A stretch of 62,667 nt of DNA from Octopus bimaculoides (taxonomy: Eukaryota): NCBI RefSeq assembly GCF_001194135.2, contig NC_068984.1:31058724-31121390 (forward strand), written 5' to 3'. Below, one piece after another: positions 52,367 to 62,667 of this stretch; within the stretch, counting starts at the first letter, position 1; the number at the start of each line of letters is the position of its first letter. Below the pieces are notes generated by a model. That model worked only from the letters and a program-made list of their open reading frames with translations. It ran no database searches and was not told where the DNA came from. The position numbers were made by a program, and so were the translations under genes.

Positions 52367-52370
<4 letters not shown>
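51895..52370. mobile_element. Head-to-head inverted pair of the HHR-bearing SINE-like element
   Basis: The minus copy (51895-52074) is truncated before the HHR. The plus copy (52070-52370) has the HHR. The two are joined in the tRNA head via a GGTTA microhomology. Confidence 0.88.
52237..52282 (+). ncRNA. Minimal type I hammerhead ribozyme motif (best-preserved copy)
   Basis: GACAC-CTGATGA-A-GGCTG(GAGGGTATAT)CAGCC-GAAA-CG-TT-GTGA: palindromic AACGTT at stem III, and a predicted cut after 52277. Confidence 0.8.
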
Positions 52371-52414
<44 letters not shown>

Positions 52415-52689
52415 CCAAAGATATATATACATACACAATCAAATTTAGGGAATGGAGCAGGTAAAATCCAGGCTACATGTTTCCTAATGAATTGATCCTA
52501 CACCTGGATCTTTGGATCTTACATTTACATATCATTGGATATATATAAACCCTGCCTCACCTCCTCTGTTCTTCAATCAGCTTCAGCTACTCATTTTTCT
52601 GTCCATAGGACCCCCTTCGGCCATATATTACAATGGGATTGCACCTACAAAGTTATTCTCCAAGGCACAAGTCCGGGCAAGGTTGTTTA

Positions 52690-52940
52690 TGGAAGACCAG
52701 CAGTCGCCCATGCATATCAGCCTCCCCTCACCATGCCACCGATGTTATCCAAGGGAAAGCAAAGGCCGATACAGCTTGGCACCAGTAACGTCGCAACTCA
52801 TTTCTATAGTTGTGTGAACTGAAGCAACGTGAAATAAAGTGTCTTGCTCAAAAACACAACACGCAGCCTGGTCCAGGAATCAAACTCACAACCTCACAAT
52901 CGTAAGCTTGATGCTCTAACCACTGAGCCATACGCCTTCA
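52690..52940 (-). mobile_element. tRNA-derived SINE of a further family
   Basis: Minus strand TGAAGGCGTATGGCTCAGTGGTTAGAGCATC (A box), GTGAGTTTGATTCC (B box), then GTTGTGTTTTTGAGCAAGACACTTT. A partial plus copy lies near 50745. Confidence 0.8.
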
Positions 52941-53685
52941 CTTCTGTCCATACCTTCCTGAATTATCTCGAAATACTGAGCTTCTGTTTCTTGCACAGCC
53001 TTTTTGATACTCCTATCCATTTTGCTACAGCGTTCAAAAATTGATCCTTGAAATATTGATATTTAATGTGCAGATTTCCTTGAATTTCTGTAAATTTTTT
53101 TTATTAAACGCTTTGAAGATGTTGGATCATTTAAATATCATGAATATGTCATATTCCTTGGAAAGATTTCATTGATTTTTCATTTTGTTTCTTACTGTTC
53201 TAGAAGATGATATTGTATTAGTGATGTCACTGGTGGTTTCAAGATTTTGTTTCCTTTTAACATATGAGGCTTTACATAAATGGCCATTTCAAGTTATTGG
53301 TTTGAAACGAATATTTTCCTCGTGATTAGAAATGTTTTTCTTTCTTTTATGATTTCATTGTAATAGTTTTATTTAGCTTCAAGTATTACTACATTCCTGG
53401 AGTGAGGCCAGGAAATTGGAGTGCACAATATTGATATTCAGATATCTATCATTTCTTTCGACACTTGTATCATTCACCAAAACACCCACCACTACCTATA
53501 TGAAATCCATAACATTATGAAAGACAAAATATGTATTAAAGCTTTGTATGATGGATCTAGAGGATATTATGAAAGTAATTCCATTGGCTTGGTACATTCT
53601 TAATGTTGTTTCAGAAGAAATAAAAAAGAAAACAGGAAAGGAAGAAAAAGCAAAGAACAAATTTCTTCTTCTTCTTCTTCTTCTT

Positions 53686-53757
<72 letters not shown>

Positions 53758-53776
53758 TTTTATTATTATTATTATT

Positions 53777-56690
53777 TTCATTAGCATCTTCTTTCAATCC
53801 TGTTTCCATTTCTTGCTGAATATCTTCATGACACTTAGAGCAGAGAAACGTACTGTATACATTGGTAGGGGGAAAAAAAGAAAGAAAATTCACAGCGGAA
53901 ATGCTCTTCCAATACATACCAGTAGACACTCTTTTGCACTTCCTTCATGGATGGTAAGCCAGGGACCATTCTTAAATAATTCTCAGTTCCTTTTTTGATC
54001 ATTCCAAGTGTTTCTACAATCACTGGTGCTGTAACAGGCTTTAGATGCCACATCTTTTCGATTTCGATTTGCAAATCTTTATATTTTCTGAGCTTATCAA
54101 ATTATTTTGCTGAGATATTATGGTCACAGAGTATGCTCATGCCACACAACAATATCTGGTTGATTTGCTTTGATGGTCTGGTCTGTACATACTGGGAAAT
54201 CCCAAAGAATAGTTATATTTTCTCCCTCAGTTACAGCCTCAGGTTAGTGCTTGCACCATTTGTCAGCAGTTTTGATTTTATAATGCTGACACATTATCCA
54301 ATATAGATATTAGCCAACTCTGTCATGTCTTGATTTGTACTACACAGGTGCTAAAACCTTACATCCAGAGATTAGGTGGTCTACTGTTTCTATCCCATTG
54401 TTGCAGTATCAGCACTTTGGGTCTATACCATTTTTCATTACATTGGCTTGATAGTTCTGGGTCAATAAGCTCTGATCTTGGGCAGCCAGGAGAAAGCCTT
54501 TACTCTCTGCTTTTAGCCCTGAACTCCATAGCCACTGATGAGTGTGCTTCTGGCCAACATCAGCTTGTTTGCTACAGACCACATATTTGCCAAGCAGAGG
54601 GTTTTGTTCCTACCTATCAGCCAATTATTCAAATGCATTTTGCTTTGCTATTGAGTTCACTTTCTTTTGTGACTACAGTTGCTGCACTTTCCTCATGCTG
54701 TTCAACTTGGGTATTTTGCATAATGTTTTGCACTCTTTCATAACAGAATGAAGCTTCTTACATCTTCCATGGTTTTCAACGAGCTTTAGCATCCAGGCAC
54801 TAGATGTTTCAAGATATTTTGCCAGTCCAATTGTGGTGGTTTTGTAAGAGATTTCAAATTGGATCAAGCCTCGACTCCTTCAGCTCTGGGGAGGTAAAGA
54901 CGATCTGTGTCTCCCTTTGAGTGGTGCATTTCATTGAAAGTCAGCAGCTTATGGATTTTTTGTCAATCATCCTTATTTCGCTCATATTGCAGTTCAACAC
55001 GTTGAACTGTAAATAACAACTGGAATTGTTAAGGAATTTATAGCTGGCACTTTGTAACGTGTATTTAACTCAGATTTTAGGACTGCACAAACTCTCCTGT
55101 AACACTTCTGCCTGATCTTCTCTTTATTGCATGTTGAATACCAGAGCCCTCATTTATTCCATGATATTTGTAAGTTTGTTCATGCTCAAGTTCTTTTATG
55201 ACTGTCAACATTCAACACCACTGAATTTGAAGTCTTCAGTTTCCCTTTCTGGAAAGTGGTCTTGACACATTTATTCAGACCAAATTCCATCCCGATGTCA
55301 TCACTGAATGCTTTCACAGTTCGTAGTAATCCTTCAAGCTTATTATCGTCTTTGCCATAGAGTTTTAAGTCATCCTTATAAAATATATGACTTATTTTCT
55401 TGTCACCATTTTATATCCATGCCCTTTTCTGTTGAGTTCACTTGTAAGGGGTATCAGGGCTATGCAGAAAATTAAAGGTGAAAGTGAGTCACCTTGGAAA
55501 ATGTTGCAGTTGATATTAATATTTTTTGTGGTTAGTACTCCATTAGATTAGTATAATTGGAGGTTCGTATTTGACATTGACATGTTGTGCTTCAGTTTGA
55601 AATTACAGGAGAAATTTTGAAGATATCCATCGATTTCAAGATCCATGAATGTGTTATGCTTCTGAAGGCCTTCTTATAATCAATCCATGCAGAATTGAAA
55701 TTTCTGTGTTTGTTATGACAGTTCTCAAGGATCATGTCATTGATTAAGAGTTGGTTGTTGCATCCATATGAACCTTGTCAGCACCATTTTTGTTCAGCGG
55801 GGAAAATATTGTTCTGTTCCATAAATTTGTATGTTGTCTCCACAAGGATGGATGTTAAAACTTTATACATGTTATGGGCTGATAGTTCTGGGGAAATTTG
55901 GTTTCATTATTCTTTGGGAGTAGGTAAATAATAACTCTTGCTAACCAATCAGGTTTTTCATAGGATCTCTCATTAAATAACTGGACTACCTTTTTGTGCG
56001 CACACAGGAGTGAAGCAAGCCAGAAATTTGGCACCCTATCATGACCAGAAGATTTCTACTTATGAGCCTTCTTGAGTGTCATCCTTAGGTCTGCTATTGT
56101 AATGTTTTCCCATGCTTGTTCTGGTAAGTTTTGGTAGGATCCTTCTGTGCATCTAATCCAGTCTACATTTTCATTGTAAGTCTTTTCATCACTCCAGATA
56201 TTTTCCCAGAAGTTTTCAACCTCTTCCATGCAGGGACTCTTCAATGGTTATTTTCTCCCTCCCTATTTCTCTGTAGAATGTTTTTGCATTGGATGTGAAC
56301 AGTTTATTTTGCTTGTAAAATTTGTTTCTCTTCTCAAATATTTGTATTCTTTGAGATTTTACTTGGATTTTTGCTGCAATATTTCTTTTGCTGAAAGTTC
56401 TTCTCTTGGTGAGAGTCTATGTTTTCTATTCCTCATTCTTCTTTTCTGGTTTTTACATCATTTCCACAGATTAGATCATTCAATATTGATATTTCACCTC
56501 TCATTATTTCAATCAGTTTTTCAATTTTACTTTTCCAGGTTGGAATTCTTCTCCGGTTTGCATTTTTTTGTTTTTTCAGAGGCATACAATTATCTTAGCG
56601 GCTGTATAAATAATTTCATTTAATTCAGTGAGATCTGGTTTTAGTTTTTGTATAATTTCCTTTGTTACATAGTTTCCAATTTGTTACAGT
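53777..56690 (-). mobile_element. 5'-truncated, frameshifted R4/Dong-clade RLE LINE (RT plus restriction-like endonuclease)
   Basis: EEVENFWENIWSDEK, KISHIFYKDDLKLYGKDD (RT), TILWDFPV.TD.TIKANQPDIVV (RLE) and QIEIEKMWHLKPVTAPVIVETLGMIKKGTENYL. The 3' end runs into (TAA)n/(AAG)n. Confidence 0.92.
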
Positions 56691-56973
56691 CACTTGCCGA
56701 GACAAACCCAGCATCCTGGGGCAAGTGAAGGATAAAAGATATTACATTATGACGGAAAGCTTGGTGGGGGGAGAGGTATTCATGTAATATAATCATGTAA
56801 TACGACATAGACATTTAAATGGATAGGGTTTTTCTAAGGATGTGGGCAGTGCTTGTCGGCACAATCCTTTGGATTTCTCTGAGACCTGGTTCTCTTGGGA
56901 TCTTATCTAGATGTTTCTGACATCCCTTCCTTATCTTACCTAGGTCACCTGCAATAACAGGAACAGTTCTCAT
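56690..56973 (-). mobile_element. Short R4/Dong 3' fragment directly upstream of the long copy
   Basis: RTVPVIAGDLGKIRKGCQKHLDKIPREPGLREIQRIVPTSTAHILRKTLSI* plus 3' UTR, beginning right after (TAA)n. Confidence 0.85.
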
Positions 56974-57008
56974 TATTATTATTATTGTTGTTGTTGTTGT
57001 GGTTGCTG

Positions 57009-57039
<31 letters not shown>

Positions 57040-57293
57040 CATTTAAGACAAAGCATTTTGCATGCTGGGACAAACATTTAGAGGTATTTTGTGTCATTAT
57101 GTTCTGTGTTCAAGATAGACTCTGCCTTTCATCTTTTTGAGGTCAAAGAATCAAGTACAAGTTAAGACAGGGGTTGATGTGATTGATTATCCTGCTTCCC
57201 TCAAATTCCAGGCCTTGTGCCTATATTGGAAAGGATCATTATTGTTGTTGTTGCTTTTATTGTTGTTGTTATTATTATTATTATTATTATTAT

Positions 57294-57334
<41 letters not shown>

Positions 57335-57337
57335 TTG

Positions 57338-57505
57338 TTGCCTTTGCACAGCTTCTAACGCCGGAGATGTACTACGGTGTCAGCTGTTCACTATCAGTGA
57401 ACTAAGGTAACACATCTTATTTTTAGAGCACCTTCCGGAGTTTTTGAGCAGTTACAAGCAGTGCTATTTTCTGCCAGTGTTTGACCCTTATTGTAGCCCC
57501 TATTC
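57338..57505 (-). mobile_element. Very short R4/Dong 3' end embedded in TAA-type repeats
   Basis: WQKIALLVTAQKLRKVL* (stop at 57423-57425) followed by a UTR with the hairpin GTTCACT-GAT-AGTGAAC. Trinucleotide tracts on both sides. Confidence 0.75.
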
Positions 57506-58019
57506 TTCTTCTTCTTATTATTATTATTATTATTATTAATACCAATAAATGATGTGTTGTTTAATGTCCTATTTTTTCTCATGTACACCCAAAAGTAACT
57601 GAAAGTATCAATAACCAGTTTTACATATATTTACATAAATCTATATATATGTGTGTATAAAATATATATGTATTATAGAATTTCATTAAATATTTTATAC
57701 ACACAGGATAAATCCATAACAAAAATTAAATAATAAATGTAAGTAATAATCAAAAACAACTGAGTTGTTCGCAAACAGTGCAAAAATTGCTAATACATAC
57801 CTGGCTTTGATACTGCACTCTCCTGATCCCAAGCAGTTACATTTGAAAATAGAATGGAAATAGAATGTGTACTTATTGAAACTCATCTTTAAACTGTTTG
57901 TTTTAAATAATTAATCCGCAAATCTCCATATAACAAATAAATATTACAATATTTATATACTGAACATGTGCAATTTTAATCTTAATGTATAAGATATATA
58001 TACAGGGAGGTTTTGACTT

Positions 58020-58760
58020 TTAGACAACTTCAGTACATACAATATTTCTTGTTAGACTCTGTATATCATGATGGTCCTGACGTCTTGGATTTGAATTGCA
58101 ATTGAGGAACTCATTTTGGTGAGCAATAATTCTAATCTTGTCTGGGTTTCCAACCCTGCTTATAGCAATATATAATTAACCGTGAGTGAAACTTGGATTT
58201 GGTAAGTAAATGCCACATTTTGACGGACTCTATCCTTGGCTTTTGTTTATGGAAATTGCAAAAGCTGATCTTATTAGAAATTTAAGTTTTGTAGTGTGAA
58301 GGGTAAGTTAGAATCAGAAGGCCTTAAACTGATCCGAGGAATCAGAACAATTTGTCCGACATCAACTCCAATCAATTTTTTTGCAGTTACAATTTTATAC
58401 CTTGTGCTGTTATAATGACCGTTTTTGTGATCAAGATTTCTGAGTAACATTATTGGTGCTCCAATTTTTGATTTAATCTTATGCAGAGGAAGATCACTGA
58501 TAGAAATTCTTCTCTTCGTTCCTGTGATACATTTTCTGGGGCTGCACGATGTTGTTGAGCATCTTGATGTAGAATTTCTTCTCTTCTTCCCTATGATAAA
58601 TTTTCTCGGGCTGCATGACGTTGTTGAGCATTTTGGTGCAAAATTTCTCCTCTCCTTTCCTGTGATATATGTTCTCTTGCTATTTTATATTGTTGAGAGT
58701 CCTGTAGTCAAATTTCCGAGCTTCGTGCTTGACTTAAGTTAGCCCATGCTTCTCTCTATC
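58020..58760 (-). mobile_element. Internally deleted Helitron: 23-aa N-terminal repeats fused to the PIF1-like helicase C-terminus
   Basis: LPLHKIKSKIGAPIMLLRNLD..NGHYNSTRY ... IVLIPRISLRPSDSNLPFTL / AFAISINKSQG*S..KCGIYLPNPSFTHG*LYIAISRV. Upstream there are 3-4 copies of a 69-bp unit. Confidence 0.9.
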
Positions 58761-59719
58761 ATTTTTAAAGCTTTCATATCTGTGAACCTCAAAAACTTTT
58801 ATTACCCATCAACCTATTACAGAAAATTAAACCTCCTTGTACTCCTAACTTTATTGTATTTTAAATACTTATTTTATTGTCTCTCATCTTCCTTCCAATC
58901 TTACTAATGGTATTACCCTTTTGTCTTGTTAAAATCCAACCATGTTGTCTGAGATACACTAACACGGGAGGGTATCATTTGAAGGAGATTTGGTTGCTAT
59001 TTGTCGCACGTCGGGCGATTGCATAGATGTTTTGTTGAAGTATCAATTGCTGAAAAAGCAACAGGTAAAAGAAAAGAGTCCCCAATGTCGCCCACAGTTA
59101 GAATACTGCAACCTGAGTCTATGTATCTATGTACTAACTCTCCTTTTCCTTTCATCTATGTATCTACTGTCTCTCTCACTTTCTCTCTCACTTCCTCTGT
59201 GTCCCTCCTCTCCCCTACTTTTAATTTAACAATGTGTGCATGTATCTATGTATCTACTTTATTTTTAATCTATGTAATTCTTACCATCGGACTACAGGTA
59301 AAATTAGACTATTATTATTATCATTATTATTATTGATTTGTTTATTTCACTTTTATTTGAGTATTGAAAGCATAAAGGAAAATGATGAAATGTCAGGAAA
59401 ACATTTGGAAAGCATATGGATATTCAGTTGCTTGGGCAACCATCGGCATTGTTCAAGACTATTTGGATACATAGACACCTGTTGTTATGTCTGGTTATTT
59501 GTATTTGTGTAACATTCCCTGTTTTTTTCTGTCCTTGTTTTCGTATACACTCGCTGCTTTCTTCCAAGGAATCTAATGCTCTTAGCTTAGTTTTCCCTTG
59601 GCCAGATTGGAGCAATCTGCAGTATAACCAGCCGAAATCATAGATGTTCCATGTGTTGGAATGATTTTTTTCATTGGTTCAGGAATTTTCAGAAGAAGCA
59701 GGATAGAGCAGGAGAGTTT

Positions 59720-61000
59720 TTTTTCTATTTTACCCTGTCCCTGAATGTATGTGTATGTATGTTGCATAAATCTCACCTTAAAAACATCGTTTATTATGCC
59801 TCATTTTTGTAATGTCATTGGATAATATGCAATCACAGATTATGAATGGTGGAATTTTCAACATCATAGATTAGAGCATGGGATGTAGTCTGTATGGGTG
59901 CATTTTGTTTCTGTTGTAGTGATCTTAGAAGCAATATTATTTAAGCGGGAGTAGATCTCTTTAACGTTGTGGAAATTAAAACATTTTTGATAGTTGTTAG
60001 GTGCTTGAGAACAACTTTCCAATAAAGAAGCAGAATGCTTCTAGGCACATTAGTGGTTACAGCTAAATTTGATAAAAGATTGACTCAGATTACTTTTTTT
60101 CTATATCTCAAGTTTGAGGTAGGAATTTTGCCATATACACCAAATTGTTAGTAAAACTGTTCTTGGTTGTGCCTCATTATAATGTCCATTGATATACTGG
60201 TGATTCTTTTGCTGTTGCCTGTGACTAGATATCTAATTATAGTCTGGAAGTGGTTGGAATTCATGTGGATGAAAATTTCTTTTGGAATAGCATTTGTCTC
60301 AGTGTCTAGGATAACATACAGGTAGTAGACCATTGTTAAGTTGGTGGCCACAATTATACTGAGGCTGAATTCGTTAAAAATACTTCTAAGATGCTTTCTA
60401 AACTTTTCGATCTCTTGGCTGCTTGTATGGCTTGAGATTGCCAAGCCATCATCCTTACGCTACATGAAAGTTTGCTGGAGGGTAAGATCTTTTGTGCCCC
60501 CAAAATAGATAACCCAATGAGATCAATGACATTGGCTCAGTCATAACTTCATAAAGTGGGTTTCCTTCTATCCTATTTTCATACAGTTCAATCCACCGTA
60601 AAGAAGAAGTGACTTCTTAGCATTCGTGGTTATTCTAATATTGAAGTCACTGATTCTAGTAAATTATTTCCTGAAGTTAGGAGCTTTCAGGAAGAGAAAT
60701 TTTTTATAAGAAAGGGATATATTATCATAGTTTTCTAGTTGCATTTCATCCCAGTCTGCTGTATTCAATGTAAAGGTAGTCTTTCTGCAAAAGATTTAGG
60801 GCTTTGCATTCGACAGGCAGTCATTAAGTTTCTTGATTTTCTGTTTTAAGATAATTTAACATCCAACTGAAAATTATTTAAGTATGAAATATTATTGGGA
60901 CACTTGAAGTAGAAACACCTATAACCTTGTGTTTTGCATCTATATCTGATTTCAGCATCTAATGAAGTTTAAGAACACTAGACAGAATTACCTTAGAGTT
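59720..61000 (-). mobile_element. Decayed Penelope-like element, RT and linker region
   Basis: ISDFNIRITTNAKKSLL, SYD*ANVIDLIGLSIL, (R)KDDGLAISSHTS (YRDDGL motif) and FIHMNSNH, in the expected PLE order. Confidence 0.8.
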
Positions 61001-62159
61001 CAGAATAACTGCCCAATGCGATGATTACAATACAAGAATTATTATTTTCCATGACCAATTTGCTGAACTATATAGAAATATTAATGTGTTATACTTGCAA
61101 GGATACTCATCAAAATACAGATCCTTGTAAATATAAACTGCACTTTACATGAGATCCTGACATGAGGTAACACGATCTTACTACAAGTAATGGAATCACT
61201 GCTATATCTATTGATGAACATGGTGTGCCCTCAGAAATTAGAAGTATTGTAATTCACCCAAGAATACACCTACATCTCATATTTCTCTTGCTCTTTTGAA
61301 CTTAAGTGTTATCTTCAAATATTTTTCATCAGTGAGCTTGGATGTCACAATGATATGCAGTATGTTGAATAATAACAAGCCTGCATTTGAAATAAGGTAA
61401 CTATGCACATGTTCAACTGCTATCATCTTGCCTTGTGTGCAAGATGATAGCAACAGACAAAAGCTTATTCAACAACATTTAACTGATGCATTTGTCCCAG
61501 CTGAAGGTATTATTTACAGTTTGTAAGAAATGAATATTCTCAGTTGTAAATTCAACAGTACAATCGACAGATGGATAACCTTGCAGCTGAAGAAGACCAA
61601 TATTTATTATACTTATACTGTATCTTATTTACAGTAAAAAAAGTAAGAAAATTCATAAAACATGGATTTCCATAAGTCTCACTAGTTATTATATTTAGAG
61701 TTGTTATTTTCATTGTTTTTGTTTTTACTGTTGGATATTATTCATATTGTTATTAAATATAATCATTATCATTATATTAGCGTCCAATTTTCCATAATTG
61801 CATGGGTCAGACAGAGTCATTAAAGCTGATTATCCATGGTCAGATGCTCTTTCTGATTTCAAGGCTTACCTATTTCCAAGCAAAATAATGTTTCTACATG
61901 GCTGCACCTGTTTTCATGAAAGATGATAAACAAGCAACATCTACAACTGCTGCACAATGTCCAGACAAAAGGAAACGATGTTACTCAGTAGAATTTCAAT
62001 TCAAGATTGTTTTACACAATCCTAGGATTTCTTTTTTTAGTACAACTATGACTGACAAAGTCCATTTTCCAACTTCCATTCTTAAAGAAACTTTGTGCCT
62101 CTGGCCAATGAATCTGTTGAGACACCATAATGTAGCTTGCATTATAGTATGTTTTTTAT

Positions 62160-62398
62160 TCTTTTATTCTTTTACTTGTTTCAGTCATTTGTGACTGCAG
62201 CTATGCTGGAGCACCACCTTGAATATTTTTTTTTTTAGTTGAAGCAATCCAGGAATTATTTGTAAGTCTAGTACTTATTGTATTGGTCTCTTTTGCCGAA
62301 CTACTAAGTTAGATGGATGTAAACACACCAACATCGGTTGTCAGGTGACAGTAAGGGGAGAAACACAGATACAAAGAAACACACATATAAATATACAT

Positions 62399-62440
<42 letters not shown>
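62160..62440 (-). mobile_element. 3' half of an OR/CORE-type SINE
   Basis: Matches 4555-4800 and is cut at its internal (CATA)n(TA)n tract by the RTE insertion. Confidence 0.8.
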
Positions 62441-62441
<1 letters not shown>

Positions 62442-62667
62442 AAGAGAATGAATGGGAGAAAGAGAGCCTGCCGTATGTCGACCCAATAGAGGGACCAGCT
62501 ATCCGAGTTGATAGTACCAGGGTAGATAAAGCAATTAAGAGTATGAAGACCGGGAAAGCCCCCGGCCCATCAGGAATCACTGCAGAGATGCTCAAAATAT
62601 CTGGCAGTGTTGGCTATAGCCTAGTCACCCGTATTACGAACCAGGTGTTACACGAAGGAGTCATACC
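62441..62667 (+). mobile_element. RTE-clade LINE ORF fragment (start of the RT region), running off the window
   Basis: 75 uninterrupted codons: KENEWEKESLPYVDPIEGPAIRVDSTRVDKAIKSMKTGKAPGPSGITAEMLKISGSVGYSLVTRITNQVLHEGVI. It contains the K..KAPG.DG(I)-type pre-RT motif and retains CpGs. Confidence 0.88.

Larger units (their letters stand above)
1..62667. repeat. Dense simple-sequence repeats ((CA)n, (TA)n, (CT)n, (AAT)n, (AAG)n, (CAT)n), many of them bordering N gaps
   Basis: Directly visible, e.g. 1-44, 2038-2197, 9360-9480, 12040-12195, 19330-19470, 22600-22900, 44760-44893 and 53662-53776. Confidence 0.98.

Noticed and set aside
58501-58735. Regularly spaced 69-bp repeats as a CRISPR-like array
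   Set aside because: Contiguous tandem units without unique spacers, in a codon-multiple length, belonging to a eukaryotic Helitron ORF.
58960-59110. CpG-containing segment with splice-like signals on both strands
   Set aside because: All minus-strand frames stop quickly; probably the 5' region of the adjacent Helitron.

Overview
AT-rich (roughly one third GC by eye), microsatellite-dense eukaryotic DNA with many N gaps. The SINE and LINE families look like those of Octopus (inference from recalled repeat consensuses, no search run). No host protein-coding gene is convincingly recognisable, and nearly all ORF-track entries are artefacts of (TA)n/(CA)n/(AAT)n repeats and N runs. The window is a layered transposon landscape: several tRNA-derived SINE families, Tc1/mariner remnants, piggyBac-, hAT- and mariner-type MITEs, a Helentron-type HINE, an internally deleted Helitron, five R4/Dong RLE-LINE pieces stacked at TAA-type microsatellites, several Penelope-like element (PLE) remnants, and a young RTE LINE at the right edge. 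The main signal is a set of minimal hammerhead-ribozyme (HHR) motifs in three distinct repeat families. One family is a short non-coding element made of a tRNA-like Pol III head, an (AAT)n tract and a PLE-type HHR tail. It occurs four times (two with an intact or near-intact HHR), once as a head-to-head foldback, and looks like a ribozyme-bearing, PLE-mobilised SINE. Also notable are a 129-bp near-perfect inverted repeat and a candidate 44-nt exon with duplicated UGCAUG sites.
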